Shown: in pieces, positions 1 through 10,216 of the stretch
Numbering within the stretch: position 1 is the first letter of the stretch
Layout of the letters: every line of letters begins with the position of its first letter
From: an uncultured Planctomycetota bacterium
GTDB taxonomy: Bacteria; Planctomycetota; Planctomycetia; Isosphaerales; Isosphaeraceae
DNA length: 64,000 nucleotides
Direction of reading: 5' to 3'
Assembly: GCA_963823665.1 (NCBI GenBank)
Contig: CAWGMQ010000008.1
Span: 704,001 to 768,000 of the forward strand
Made by a program: the position numbers and the translations under genes
The notes under the pieces: model-generated
Told to the model about the DNA's origin: nothing
Seen by the model: the letters and a program-made list of their open reading frames with translations, nothing else
Database searches by the model: none

Positions 1-13
1 TCATGGCTACTCG

Positions 14-1029
14 CTACTCCCCGATCGTCAGCACAACTCGAAATCGCGCCTTCCCACTCATCATCCGATCGTAACCCTCGGCGACGCGATCGAGCGGATA
101 CGTCTCGTTCATCGGCCGCACCCCCGCTCGGGCGCTGAAGGCAAGCGTGTCCTGCGAATCGATCGAGGTCCCGGAATACCAGCCTTTCACCGAACGGCAT
201 CCCATCAGAAGCGCCAGCGGCGAGACTTGCATCGACTCGGCAGCGCCGACGATCAGCAGCGTGCCGTTGACCGCCAACCCCCCCTGGACGGCGCTCATTG
301 CATCGCCGCTCGTCGCCGTCGCCAGGATGATCTTCGCGCCCCGAGCTTTTGCAGCTCCGCCGCGGGGTCCTCCGCCTGGCTGTCGATATACACCGCCGCT
401 CCCAGTTGGCGGGCGAGCGGCTCCTTGTCCTTGCCACGAGCAATGCCGACCGTGTGAAAACCCATCTTCGCTGCGTACTGCACGCCGAGATGCCCAAGCC
501 CCCCGAGTCCAAGCACCGCAACCACGTCGCCCGCCCGCGCCCCGCTGTTCCGCAGCGCGTTGAAGGTTGTGAGACCCGCACACATGAGCGGTGCCGCCGC
601 GATCGACGGCAGATCGGCCGGCATGAGCGCAACCGCGCTCGCCGGCGCGACCATGTACTCCCCGTAGCCCCCGTCATACGAAACGCCCGTGACCTGCCCG
701 CGCACACACGCGAAAAACTCGCCGCGGCGGCAGTAGTCGCAATACCCGCAGTAGCCGCCGTTCCAGCCGACACCGACTTTCTGGCCGGGCTGCCATCCCG
801 CCACACCCGCCCCCACAGCATCGATCACTCCGGCCACTTCATGGCCCGGAACCCTCGGGTACTCGATCCAGGGGAACGCCCCTTCTTTGGTCAGCGAATC
901 GCTGTGGCAGATGCCGCAAGCCTGCACCTTGATCCGCACCCACCCGGCACTCGGCTCCGGAATCGGCCGCTCAACGATTTCGATCGGGCCCTTCGCACGC
1001 GAAACCTGCGCCACTCGCATCACCGCCAT
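14..1029 (-). CDS. Zn-dependent alcohol dehydrogenase (MDR family), frameshifted near 340
   Basis: CGICHSD, GHEVAG, CGYCDYC..C structural Zn motif and GLGGLG in ORF 295..1134; C-terminus (AKIILAT...GKARFRVVL) in ORF 14..583; one G missing in the G run encoding KLGGAK; AGGAG upstream of ATG 1029. Confidence 0.9.
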
Positions 1030-1284
1030 GATCTTCACTCCTGGAACAGAATTCACGTTTCCAACCCCAACACAGTGTAACCGGGCTGCGTTTCGTACCA
1101 CCATGTTGCCGCCGGATAAACTCCGGTTTATCATCCGAAGCGTGGCAACAGCCTACGGCAACGACGCCGATATGCTTGTCTTCAAACGCGCCGAGGCCAT
1201 CGAGGCCACCGAGCAGATCCTGATCGACAACAGCATCCGCCAGCAATGCTCCCCCGACATCGCTTCGATCTGGAACAAACGCAA

Positions 1285-1306
1285 GTAGGTCAGGCTTCAG
1301 CCTGAC
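1285..1306 (+). repeat. GTAG-family REP-like palindrome
   Basis: GTAG followed by GTCAGGC-TTCA-GCCTGAC (perfect 7-bp stem), intergenic. Confidence 0.6.
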
Positions 1307-1331
1307 GTCCACAAGATCGCCCATCGCCAGG

Positions 1332-2639
1332 CTACTGACCGCGCAGTTCCTCGAGGCTCGCACGAGCCGCTTCCCGCACGACGTGATCCTTGTCTCGCAG
1401 GAGTCCCTCGACGCTGGTCAGCACGCTCCGATCCCCGATCGCCCCCAGCGCCCGCGCGGCCTCCGCGCGAAGCAGGGGGTCTTCATTCGTGAGCAACCGA
1501 ACAAGCGCAGGCACGGCCGCACGGGCCTTTGGGCTCCACTGAGCGATTGCCTCGATCGCCGCTTCTGGTCCCGCTGTTCCCGCACCCTTCTCCTCGAGTT
1601 CCTTCATGGCACCGGCGAGCGCTGCTTCATCACCGGGCTCGATCCGCGAAATCGCCAGCGCCGCAAAGACCCGCGCTTCAGCATCGCGGTCGTGGACAAC
1701 GATTCTTCGCAACGTCGGTATCGCCGCCTTGGCCCCAATACCGACGCGACCAAGCGCTTCCGCCGCGTCACACCGAACAGCGCGCGTGACGGTGAAATCA
1801 GGCGCCAGCGGCCGGTAACGCTCCCGCGTGTCGTCCAGCGCGGATATTAGCGCAGGTACCGACGACTTCGCCCGCGGTCCAATAGCCCCCAGCGATCTCG
1901 CCGCGGCACCGCTGACCTGGGGGCTCCGATCCTTCAGAGCATCGGCGAGCGAAGCAACGACTCTCTCGTCCTGCGGATCAATCAGACACAACGAGTTTGC
2001 CCCTTCATAGCGAACCCATTCCCCCGGGTCGCTCTTGAGTAACTCAGCGACGCGAGTAACAGCGAGCTTCGCCTTCGGTCCGCCGACTCCAAGCCCTTGC
2101 ACCGCGACGCGCCGCACGTCTTCTTCCGGATCCTTCGTTCCGCGATCAAGTGCTTTGATGATGGCATCCTCTTCGCACCTCTTTTCCAGAAGCGCAACCA
2201 GCGCTCGCGCCGCTCGTACCCGTGTCCAGTTGCCTGGCCCCGCGAGCATCGTATCAACGAGCGCTGGTACAGCTTTGGAACCCATCGATTCCAGCGCCAG
2301 AGCCGCGAAGTCGCCGACAGTTGGATTTGGACCAAGATGATCGACGACGCCTTCATAACGGTTGTCGCCCAGTACGGCGATCAAGTCGGGAATCGCGCCG
2401 GCCGCTTTGTTGCCGAACTCCGCAAGCATCCTTGCCCCGAGCGCCCTGAAGCTCGAAGACTCGTTCTTCAGCAGCCTGATCGCGGAGGCTATGTCCTGCG
2501 CTGTCAGGTCCTCGGTTTGGCGCGAATTCGCCGGGACTTGACCGGTCGCCACTTGCCCGCCACAGGTGAACACTCCCGCGGCCATGACCACCGCGCCCAT
2601 CACCCGCAGCCCAGCCACGCACACGTTGCGACTCCGCAC
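1332..2639 (-). CDS. Exported HEAT (PBS-lyase-like) repeat protein
   Basis: Repeated VRxxAAxALGxIG / AVPALxxLL motifs; signal-like N-terminus after GGGAGG; start uncertain. Confidence 0.85.
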   Translation of the reverse strand: MRSRNVCVAGLRVMGAVVMAAGVFTCGGQVATGQVPANSRQTEDLTAQDIASAIRLLKNESSSFRALGARMLAEFGNKAAGAIPDLIAVLGDNRYEGVVDHLGPNPTVGDFAALALESMGSKAVPALVDTMLAGPGNWTRVRAARALVALLEKRCEEDAIIKALDRGTKDPEEDVRRVAVQGLGVGGPKAKLAVTRVAELLKSDPGEWVRYEGANSLCLIDPQDERVVASLADALKDRSPQVSGAAARSLGAIGPRAKSSVPALISALDDTRERYRPLAPDFTVTRAVRCDAAEALGRVGIGAKAAIPTLRRIVVHDRDAEARVFAALAISRIEPGDEAALAGAMKELEEKGAGTAGPEAAIEAIAQWSPKARAAVPALVRLLTNEDPLLRAEAARALGAIGDRSVLTSVEGLLRDKDHVVREAARASLEELRGQ

Positions 2640-2700
2640 GATCACCCTCCCGGTCGGTTCCCACCGCGACCTCCGCAAGTCCCAATTCGGGACACGCGTG

Positions 2701-3330
2701 TCACGCACCAAGGTCTCGCTCTAACTTGCCCCTGTAATCGACCAATCTTCCAAGGACTTCATCATCGCCCTCTTTCTCCGCCTGTTCGATCATTCCGTCG
2801 ACCAGCCCAATTTCGGCTCGCAGCGACTTCCGCTTCGCCTCATTCGCGATAACCTTCGCAGAAGGCACATCTTCCTCCCACAAGCTCGCGTCGAATGAAT
2901 CCTGGGACACCCGCCCCCGCATCAACCACGAGACGAGTTTCGTGACTAGCGTTCCCACAACAGCCCCGCCCACAACCCCACCGACCAGACCCATGACGAA
3001 GAAGGCGATCCCCGGATTTCCACAGACCTGTGCGTCAGGCGACCGGGCAATTTCCTCGTCGACGGATCGGTTCCACGCAACCATCGAACCGCTGAAAATC
3101 AGCGCGAAGCACGCCAGTGCCGTCCCGATGCCGCACAATCTTGCGGGCCAGGGCTCGTCATCCAGGTCCATACGTTCCCCCAGAACGCGGCTCCGATGTT
3201 CCGCCACGGTCTGGCCCAAGCCCCAGGCCGGAAGCGACGCGGAGCTTGGATCTCCCGCTTCAGACTCTTGACTCGCGGCGGGCGTCATTCGCACGATGGC
3301 CATCTCCAATGCTAGCGTTCCTTGTGTCAT
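2701..3330 (-). CDS. Hypothetical membrane protein (two TM helices, charged C-terminal helix)
   Basis: 209-aa ORF with two hydrophobic segments; start uncertain. Confidence 0.6.
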   Translation of the reverse strand: MTQGTLALEMAIVRMTPAASQESEAGDPSSASLPAWGLGQTVAEHRSRVLGERMDLDDEPWPARLCGIGTALACFALIFSGSMVAWNRSVDEEIARSPDAQVCGNPGIAFFVMGLVGGVVGGAVVGTLVTKLVSWLMRGRVSQDSFDASLWEEDVPSAKVIANEAKRKSLRAEIGLVDGMIEQAEKEGDDEVLGRLVDYRGKLERDLGA

Positions 3331-3367
3331 TCAACCAGTGCCCGCATACCGTCACGAAAGCGTAAAT

Positions 3368-4603
3368 TTGCCTTCGTTCCCATCTCCGTTCAAGCTGATC
3401 AGCGCACTCCCCCGCGACGGCCAGCTCCTATTTGCCACCCGCGCCGCTCGCATGTTCGCCTACGGCTTCCTCTCCGTGGTACTCGTCCTGTACCTGAAGG
3501 CCGAAGGGCTCAGCGAGCAACAGATCGGCGTGCTCCTGACGATGACCTTGCTGGGAGACATGGTCATCTCGCTCTGGATCACGACTGCCGCCGATCGGAT
3601 CGGCCGAAAGCGGATGCTGATCACCGGCGCGGGTCTCATGATCCTGGTCGGTTGTGTCTTCGTGGTCACCGCCAATTTCGTCGTGTTGCTCATCGTTGCC
3701 ACCATCGGCGTGCTCAGCCCCAGCGACAAGGAAGTGGGGCCCTTTCTCTCGATCGAGCAGGCTACGCTCACGCAAACGATTTCTGACGACGAGCGAACCG
3801 CCGTGTTCGCCTGGTACAACCTCGTTGGATCGTTGACCGCCGCGCTCGGCGCACTCGCCGGCGGATTCGCCGCCCAGAACTTCCTGCGCATCGGGATGAC
3901 CGGCGCGGCCATTTATCGACCGCTCGTTGCGGCCTATGGCCTCGTCGGGCTCGCGCTGGCAATCGGCTTTACACGCCTGAGCGCCGCCGCCGAATCGCCG
4001 CGCCGAGCCGAGGCCCCAGAGCAAAGAACGTGGTTAGGCCTGCACAGTTCGCGCGGCGTCGTTCTTCGCCTGTCAGCCCTGTTCGCGCTCGACGCCTTCG
4101 GCGGCGGTTTTATCATCCAGAGCATCGTCGCCTACTGGCTCCATCTCCGATTCCAGCTTGATCCGGCCGTGCTTGGAAGCATCTTCTTCGTCGCCAACCT
4201 GCTGGCGGCCGCTTCGGCATTATGCGCGGCCGCGCTCGCGCGCAAGTTCGGCTTGATCAACACAATGGTCTTCACCCACCTCCCTTCGAACGTGCTCCTT
4301 CTGCTGGTGCCGCTGATGCCCACCGCGACGCTCGCCGTCGCCGTGCTGCTTTTGCGGTTCTCGATTTCCCAGATGGACGTTCCCACCCGTCAGTCATACA
4401 CCATGGCCGTCGTCCGTCCGGACGAGAGGTCCTCCGCAGCCGGCATCACCACGGTCGCCCGATCGCTGGGCTCGGCCATCTCGCCCGCGATCGCCGGCTA
4501 CTGCCTGGCAAACTCTGCCTGGATGAGCGCACCGTTCTTCATCGCCGGAGGGGTGAAGATCGTCTATGACATATGCCTCTATCGCTCTTTCCGCAGCTTG
4601 TAA
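3368..4603 (+). CDS. MFS transporter
   Basis: About 12 TM segments; motif A (ADRIGRKR); start uncertain. Confidence 0.9.
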   Translation: MPSFPSPFKLISALPRDGQLLFATRAARMFAYGFLSVVLVLYLKAEGLSEQQIGVLLTMTLLGDMVISLWITTAADRIGRKRMLITGAGLMILVGCVFVVTANFVVLLIVATIGVLSPSDKEVGPFLSIEQATLTQTISDDERTAVFAWYNLVGSLTAALGALAGGFAAQNFLRIGMTGAAIYRPLVAAYGLVGLALAIGFTRLSAAAESPRRAEAPEQRTWLGLHSSRGVVLRLSALFALDAFGGGFIIQSIVAYWLHLRFQLDPAVLGSIFFVANLLAAASALCAAALARKFGLINTMVFTHLPSNVLLLLVPLMPTATLAVAVLLLRFSISQMDVPTRQSYTMAVVRPDERSSAAGITTVARSLGSAISPAIAGYCLANSAWMSAPFFIAGGVKIVYDICLYRSFRSL

Positions 4604-4640
4604 CCCAGACAGAGCACCACTTGCCCGTTTCACCGTCGGG

Positions 4641-5129
4641 TCATCGCACAACAGTCCCCAGAACGCTGTAGGAGACGACGATCGCCATCATCAGAAGCGT
4701 GACGGAAAATCCGATGACCGACAGATACGAAAACCTCCCTCGTCGCACGGAGAGCGCGATTCCGATCGCGCCAAGGATGAGGCTGAGAAACGCCAGCAGG
4801 TCGCATTCGTGGGACGGCACGTGGACCGACCCTGCCGGGACGAGCACGGGCACCTTCTGACCCGTAAATGGATCCCGGTCGAACTTGCCTGGCGACGCTT
4901 CAACCATGAACGCGCGTCGCTCGCTCCATCTTGGGAATTCGAGCCCGAATACGCCCGGCAAGGTAGCAACAATCGTCACCATAGCGAATGCGATCGACGA
5001 AGTGCCCAGCATCAGGGTCGCCACGGTCTCACGGGGCTCGTGCCTGCCCCGCCGCGCGGCCACGCGAGCAGCGTCACGATCCTCGGCAGAGAAGGTCATC
5101 CGTCCGGCGAGCCAGCGGCGTTTGTCCAT
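4641..5129 (-). CDS. Hypothetical membrane protein
   Basis: GGAGG RBS, three hydrophobic segments, 31 nt downstream of the ARPP-1 gene. Confidence 0.55.
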   Translation of the reverse strand: MDKRRWLAGRMTFSAEDRDAARVAARRGRHEPRETVATLMLGTSSIAFAMVTIVATLPGVFGLEFPRWSERRAFMVEASPGKFDRDPFTGQKVPVLVPAGSVHVPSHECDLLAFLSLILGAIGIALSVRRGRFSYLSVIGFSVTLLMMAIVVSYSVLGTVVR

Positions 5130-5159
5130 GTGCGCCTCCATCCCATCGAGGACTTCTGT

Positions 5160-6074
5160 TCAACTCGCCACCACCACGCTTCCGTGGATCATGGAATCCG
5201 CATAGACCAGCGCCGAGGCATGCGTCGCCGGGTCGGGGTCGAGCCGGAATTCCCGCCCTTCTCCGACCGCCGGCGCAGGCTCCCACGCCTGTGCGTTGAG
5301 CCCGGCGATCAACCGCGCAACGTCGGCCTTTTCCGCGGTCTCCTCCGCACGCGATTCCTCCAGGGAATCCATCACGACGCCGCTCAAGAGCCGGTCCCAC
5401 ACGCGAGCACAGGTCACGGGCTTGTCGAAAATGTCGAGCGCCACCACTTTCTTGCCGACCGCCACGGCAACGCCGGTCGCCCCTTCCACATACTTGATTC
5501 GCTCGCGGAACTCATCGAGACGGGCAAGATTGAGCTCGAATGTGTCCGACATCGACTGGGTCGGCGAAGAGGCGTCGAGCGACGACATTTGCCGGCTGAC
5601 CTCACTCCAGACGGCCGTCTGGTCAGAGGTGTATCCGCGCCCTTCTTTCATCGCGGCATACGACGACTTCTTGAGGATATGCCGCAGTTTCGACGAAGAG
5701 TGCGAATCGCTCGAGGCGAACTGCTTCGACCGATACCGCCACCGCCCCTGTTCGACGCAGCTCACCGGAATCGCGGTCTGGCTGTGCGCACCGACCAGAA
5801 CAGAGGTGTTGAGAACGCGGTTCTGCTTGGCCCCGCGCAGCTCCTCGCCTTCCAGGAAGAGAACCCGCGAATCTCCACTATTGGTGACGCGCAGATTCGG
5901 AACCGAGCCCGACTCGCTCACCTCCTCGACGGCGACCACTCCTGACCGGATCGCCTCGTCCGACAAGAGATATTCGACCTTGCCGTCGATCGTCGAGAAC
6001 AACGGAAAAACCGCAAGCGACTGGTGACGGATGGGATCGCCGACGCACATTTCAGGCAACGTGGATGTGGACAC
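5160..6074 (-). CDS. ARPP-1 / DUF6569 family domain protein
   Basis: LAVFPL...EEVSESGSVPNLRV.N...VLFLEGEELRGAKQNRVLNTSVLV...IPVSCVEQGRW signature; GAGGAG before GTG 6074. Confidence 0.8.
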   Translation of the reverse strand: MSTSTLPEMCVGDPIRHQSLAVFPLFSTIDGKVEYLLSDEAIRSGVVAVEEVSESGSVPNLRVTNSGDSRVLFLEGEELRGAKQNRVLNTSVLVGAHSQTAIPVSCVEQGRWRYRSKQFASSDSHSSSKLRHILKKSSYAAMKEGRGYTSDQTAVWSEVSRQMSSLDASSPTQSMSDTFELNLARLDEFRERIKYVEGATGVAVAVGKKVVALDIFDKPVTCARVWDRLLSGVVMDSLEESRAEETAEKADVARLIAGLNAQAWEPAPAVGEGREFRLDPDPATHASALVYADSMIHGSVVVAS

Positions 6075-6312
6075 GAAATGCTCCTCTCTCGCGGAAGACC
6101 CTATTGCCGCGATCGGCAAGTTCCGACCTCGGTCGGCGTCCGCGCCGATCTCGGTCTCGCTTGGCACTTCGACAGGCGCAAGACCAGCGGCAAATCCATT
6201 CTCGCAAGTTCGCACAGAATTGTCCAAGTGAGCCGCGCGAGGCGCCGGAAGACCTGGCCCGGCGATGCGGCGTGTCGATCCCGCTCCAGTACTATCTCGC
6301 CAGGCCTCTGAC

Positions 6313-6648
6313 TCAGGCAAATCGGACGAGCAGAACGAGCGACGCGATCGCCATCACCAAACCGGCGATCTCGTACACCGAGAGCGGCTCTCGGAAAACC
6401 GCCACGCCGACGGCTGTGAGCAAGAGAATCATCGAGACAGAGTAGACCACCCCGATCGTCGCCAGCTTCAAGTGACGCATCACGAACACCCAGCCGAATG
6501 CCGTCGAGGCGTACACCGCAAATCCAAGATAGAACCATTTGCTCGAGAACGGGTTGTCTCTGCCGCTTGCAAGCTTGAGCAAGTAATCCCCGACAACTCC
6601 CAGAACGCTGAAGCAGATGATGACGACGAAAGCGACCCAGTTCTTCAT
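6313..6648 (-). CDS. Small multidrug resistance / DMT-like 4-TM protein
   Basis: 111 aa, four TM helices, GDYLLK and FREPLS motifs. Confidence 0.75.
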   Translation of the reverse strand: MKNWVAFVVIICFSVLGVVGDYLLKLASGRDNPFSSKWFYLGFAVYASTAFGWVFVMRHLKLATIGVVYSVSMILLLTAVGVAVFREPLSVYEIAGLVMAIASLVLLVRFA

Positions 6649-6834
6649 TGCGTCTCCCTTCTCGCCAGAATTCCTCGCGCCTGCCGGTTGATGCTTCGCT
6701 CCGGAGAACTTATAATCCATCCTACTCAACTCCGGCCATAACTCTGATCGGATTCAGCGGGAGTACACCTTTCCTGCCCCGATCGGTGGCATGCGTCTTC
6801 ATCACAATGACTGCACTGTTAAGGATTGAAACCG

Positions 6835-7413
6835 ATGAGCGGTCTCATATCCCCCGGGACCAGGCCCTTGCTTGCTATTGGCACCGTCGTCTTCGGCGGC
6901 GCGGCCATCGCGGGAATCATTACATCGCTCGCAATGATCAGCCCGTCGCCTCCAGTTCTGAAAAACGCGCCCTCGCTCACCAACCCCAAGCCGAGCATTC
7001 CTCCCCCCGACGATCCCGACGCCGAATACAGGAAGAAGCTCACGCCCGAGCAATTCCATGTGACCCGTGAGCGGGGAACGGAATTGCCGTTCAGTGGAAA
7101 ATACTGGAACACCAAGGGCCACGGGCTCTATAAGTGCGTCTGTTGCGGCACAAGCCTCTTCGACTCGAGAACCAAGTTCGATTCGGGCAACGGATGGCCC
7201 AGCTTTTATGAGCCCATCGAAGAAACCAGGATCGAAGCCCGGGTCGACGGAACTCTGCTCGACCAGCGCACGGAAGTGATCTGCCGGAAGTGCCACGCGC
7301 ACTTGGGCCATGTCTTCGGCGACAGCACGCAGCCAACCGGCTTGAGATATAGCATCAACTCCGCCGCGCTTGACTTCGAGGAAACCATGGCCGCATCATC
7401 GGGAGACCGTTGA
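6835..7413 (+). CDS. msrB: Peptide methionine-(R)-sulfoxide reductase MsrB homolog with N-terminal TM anchor; catalytic Cys replaced by Ser
   Basis: LTPEQFHVTRERGTE.PF, KFDSGxGWPSF, RTEV.C..C.AHLGHVF; RYSINS where RYCxNS is expected. Confidence 0.85.
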   Translation: MSGLISPGTRPLLAIGTVVFGGAAIAGIITSLAMISPSPPVLKNAPSLTNPKPSIPPPDDPDAEYRKKLTPEQFHVTRERGTELPFSGKYWNTKGHGLYKCVCCGTSLFDSRTKFDSGNGWPSFYEPIEETRIEARVDGTLLDQRTEVICRKCHAHLGHVFGDSTQPTGLRYSINSAALDFEETMAASSGDR

Positions 7414-7679
7414 CGGTCGAAATCCCAGCGGGATGGCGAAACTTCGAACAATCCCCGGCCCCTGGCGCCGGAACCACGATTCGCTGCCTTTCCCCACCAG
7501 GCACACGATGAGCCCGTTCGCGGTTCGCCACGACAGTCCCCCGGTGCTCCCCCCGCGCTTCAGCCACCTCCGTTCTCATGCCCAGCCTTCCGCGCGCAAG
7601 ACCCTTGAACCCTTGTCCCGCGCTCCTGACGGAGTTATGATTTCAGTAGTAACAGTTTAGCCAGACAGGACGAAACATC

Positions 7680-8261
7680 GTGACACTCACACCAGCCGCA
7701 CAGAAGTTCGTGCTTCACTGGGGCGAGATGGGTCAGGCTTGGGGCATCAACCGCACGATGGCCCAGGTCCATGCGCTGTTATTCATTGCGCCGGCGCCTC
7801 TCGACGCGGAAGAGATCAGTAGCTTGCTGGACGTAAGTCGTTCCAACGTATCGACGAGCCTTCGCGAGCTGATCACCTGGGGCGTGGTCCGGCGCGTGCA
7901 TATCATCGGCGACCGCCGCGACCGATTCGAAGCCCTCAAAGACGTTATGGAGACCTTCCGGGTCATCATGGCCGAGCGCAAGCGCCGGGAGATGGACCCT
8001 ACGATCGCACTCCTGGAACACTGCGTCCAGGAGGCCAAGCTCGGTCAGCCCGACGAGCAATACACCCGCGATCAGTTGGAAAAAATGCTCGATTTCACCC
8101 GCATGGTCACGACCTGGTACGGGCACATCGACAACCTGTCGACGCCGGCCCTCCTCCGGCTCTTCCGGGGTGGATCGATGCTCGCCAAGGTCTTCGGCAA
8201 GCGCCAGAAGTCCAAGGTGACCAGCGACCAGGAAAAGGCCGGCGCAGGCTCGCTCCCCTGA
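7680..8261 (+). CDS. GbsR/MarR family transcriptional regulator
   Basis: FVLHWGEMG..WGINRTMAQVHALL, SRSNVSTSLREL..WG, GDRRD.F motifs. Confidence 0.88.
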   Translation: MTLTPAAQKFVLHWGEMGQAWGINRTMAQVHALLFIAPAPLDAEEISSLLDVSRSNVSTSLRELITWGVVRRVHIIGDRRDRFEALKDVMETFRVIMAERKRREMDPTIALLEHCVQEAKLGQPDEQYTRDQLEKMLDFTRMVTTWYGHIDNLSTPALLRLFRGGSMLAKVFGKRQKSKVTSDQEKAGAGSLP

Positions 8262-8272
8262 ACCACGACTTG

Positions 8273-10216
8273 TCAGAACGGCACAGCCGACTTGGGCGGT
8301 GGCGCCGCCTGCTTCTGCACCGGGCCCCGCCCGCCGGGTGTCGCCGCTGGAGCCCCTTTCGCGGTCGCGGTCTTGGCAGGCACCGCCGGCGGCGGTGCCG
8401 CCTTCTTCGCCGCGGCAACGGCGGCTTTCTTCGCGGCGGCCTTGTCCTTCGCTCCGCGCTCGAGCCGCGCGCGCTCGAGTGCGTCGACGTAAGCGTTGTA
8501 CGTCTCGTCGTCCAGGTAGCGGTCGATCGTCGCTTGAAGATCGGCAATCTGAGCCTGTGCGGTCTTCGTCAAGACGGCGATCTTCAATTTCGCTTGCTCC
8601 TGCGCCGCGTCGCCCTTGAGCTTCGCCAGCCGCTCGCCAAACTTCGCCGGCGGAGTCAACTGGGCGAATTCCTTCAGCGTCGTGTCCAGCCCATTCCAGT
8701 CCTCGCCGTCCAGGCGCGCCTTCATCCGCGATTCCAGCCGCGCCCGCAGCGCCACCAGGTCGACCACTTCATCCCGCAGCGAGTCAATCTGCGATTCGAG
8801 TGCCACCGTCAGTGGCTTGGGATCAAACGGAATCGGCTGCTCATCCGGCCGGCTCTCGCCCGGCATGATCGGCAGCTCGACCATCGGCTCCACGTTTCCG
8901 GCCAGCAAGCGCAGAATGACCAGCCCATCCGCAAACCCCGGCGGAAGCACGATCCGGCCCGACCGATCCGTCGTCCCCAGCTCGTGCGGCTGCCCGTCCG
9001 GAACCCGCCGGGCCGTCAGCGTATACCCGGCCGCTGGTATCATATCGGGCTTGGTCACGAACCGTAGCTTCACCGGGGTATTTCCCGGCTTGAGCCCCAG
9101 CCCGGCCAGACTGTTCGGTCGCGACATCCGACTCGAGAGCGGGTCACGCATCGGGCTGATGATCGCACAACGCGCCACCGGGCCCTCCACCGATTGCACC
9201 TGAAGATACGTGAACGGTATCCGCAGGATCTGCACCGTGCCGTTGCGGAGTGAAACCAGCCGCAGCGGCATGAACACCATCCCCTTGTTCACGACTGCAC
9301 CATAAGGGCTCGCCGGCGTGATCGCCGCGCCCTGAACCTTCAAGAGCGCCCCACCAGCTTCCTTGCCGATGATCTCTGCGGTCGGATTGAACAGCTCCAG
9401 AGCAAATTCAAGGAGCGCGCGTGGCGCATCACTGCTGGCATCCAGACGGTGTTCCTGCAGCGCGCCTAACCGCCGTGACGGCACGTCATATTCCCGTCCC
9501 ACCATCAGCAGACCCGAAGCCCCGGGCCTCGAAACGCGTACGATCCAGACCTTGTCGAATGCCGTGAAGCCGGCGAAGACTTCAGGCGCCACCGTCGCAA
9601 CGTCCACAGTAGCAAGCGGTCCGGAATCCGGCTCGATCGTGACGGCCCACGGCGGGCCGACGAAGCGCTTGACCAGAACCTGCCATTGCTGTAGCAGCTC
9701 GGCGCGCTTCGCCACGTCAATCCTGGCTGAAGGATCACACGCCAGATGAAGCGAGATTCGATACGGGCGCCGCTCGATCGCCTCTCGAGGCTCGCTCTTG
9801 GGTGCCTCTTTCCCGGAAGCCTTCGCCTGCGGATTCGCCCCATCCGCCGCCGCGGCTTTCGTCGTGCCTTTCCCCGCCTCCTTGGCCGGAGTGCCAGAAG
9901 CATCCTTGGCGGGCGTGCCAGATGCCTCCTTGGCCGTCGCATCCGACGCTTTCTTTTCCGGCGCGTCCGGGGCCTTCTTGGCGGGCGCCTCGGCTGCCTT
10001 CTGGGCCGGCGGCGCGTCTGAAGCCCTCTTGGCGGGCGCCTCGGCTGCCTTCTGGGCCCGCGCTCCCGAACCGTCCTGGCCCAGGGCTCTTCGTTCGACC
10101 ACGGGCATCATCACCAGCAGACCGACGAAAACATGGGGAATGCACACCAGCCGCCGCGGGCTGTCGAATCGGATGAACATCGGAGCTCTCGACAATTCTC
10201 TCACGGTTTCTCCCAT
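8273..10216 (-). CDS. Exported hypothetical protein with Ala/Lys/Pro-rich termini
   Basis: Long ORF with coding-like codon usage, signal-like segment and AQKAAEAPAK repeats; overlaps the upstream stop codon. Confidence 0.75.
   Translation of the reverse strand: MGETVRELSRAPMFIRFDSPRRLVCIPHVFVGLLVMMPVVERRALGQDGSGARAQKAAEAPAKRASDAPPAQKAAEAPAKKAPDAPEKKASDATAKEASGTPAKDASGTPAKEAGKGTTKAAAADGANPQAKASGKEAPKSEPREAIERRPYRISLHLACDPSARIDVAKRAELLQQWQVLVKRFVGPPWAVTIEPDSGPLATVDVATVAPEVFAGFTAFDKVWIVRVSRPGASGLLMVGREYDVPSRRLGALQEHRLDASSDAPRALLEFALELFNPTAEIIGKEAGGALLKVQGAAITPASPYGAVVNKGMVFMPLRLVSLRNGTVQILRIPFTYLQVQSVEGPVARCAIISPMRDPLSSRMSRPNSLAGLGLKPGNTPVKLRFVTKPDMIPAAGYTLTARRVPDGQPHELGTTDRSGRIVLPPGFADGLVILRLLAGNVEPMVELPIMPGESRPDEQPIPFDPKPLTVALESQIDSLRDEVVDLVALRARLESRMKARLDGEDWNGLDTTLKEFAQLTPPAKFGERLAKLKGDAAQEQAKLKIAVLTKTAQAQIADLQATIDRYLDDETYNAYVDALERARLERGAKDKAAAKKAAVAAAKKAAPPPAVPAKTATAKGAPAATPGGRGPVQKQAAPPPKSAVPF

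Noticed and set aside
7636..7660. Possible GbsR operator near TTTCAGTAGTAACAGTTT
   Set aside because: No convincing inverted repeat.
9880..10065. Direct repeats in the 5' part of the 8273..10216 gene
   Set aside because: They encode a low-complexity Ala/Lys/Pro linker (AQKAAEAPAK, ASGTPAK); no spacers, so not CRISPR.
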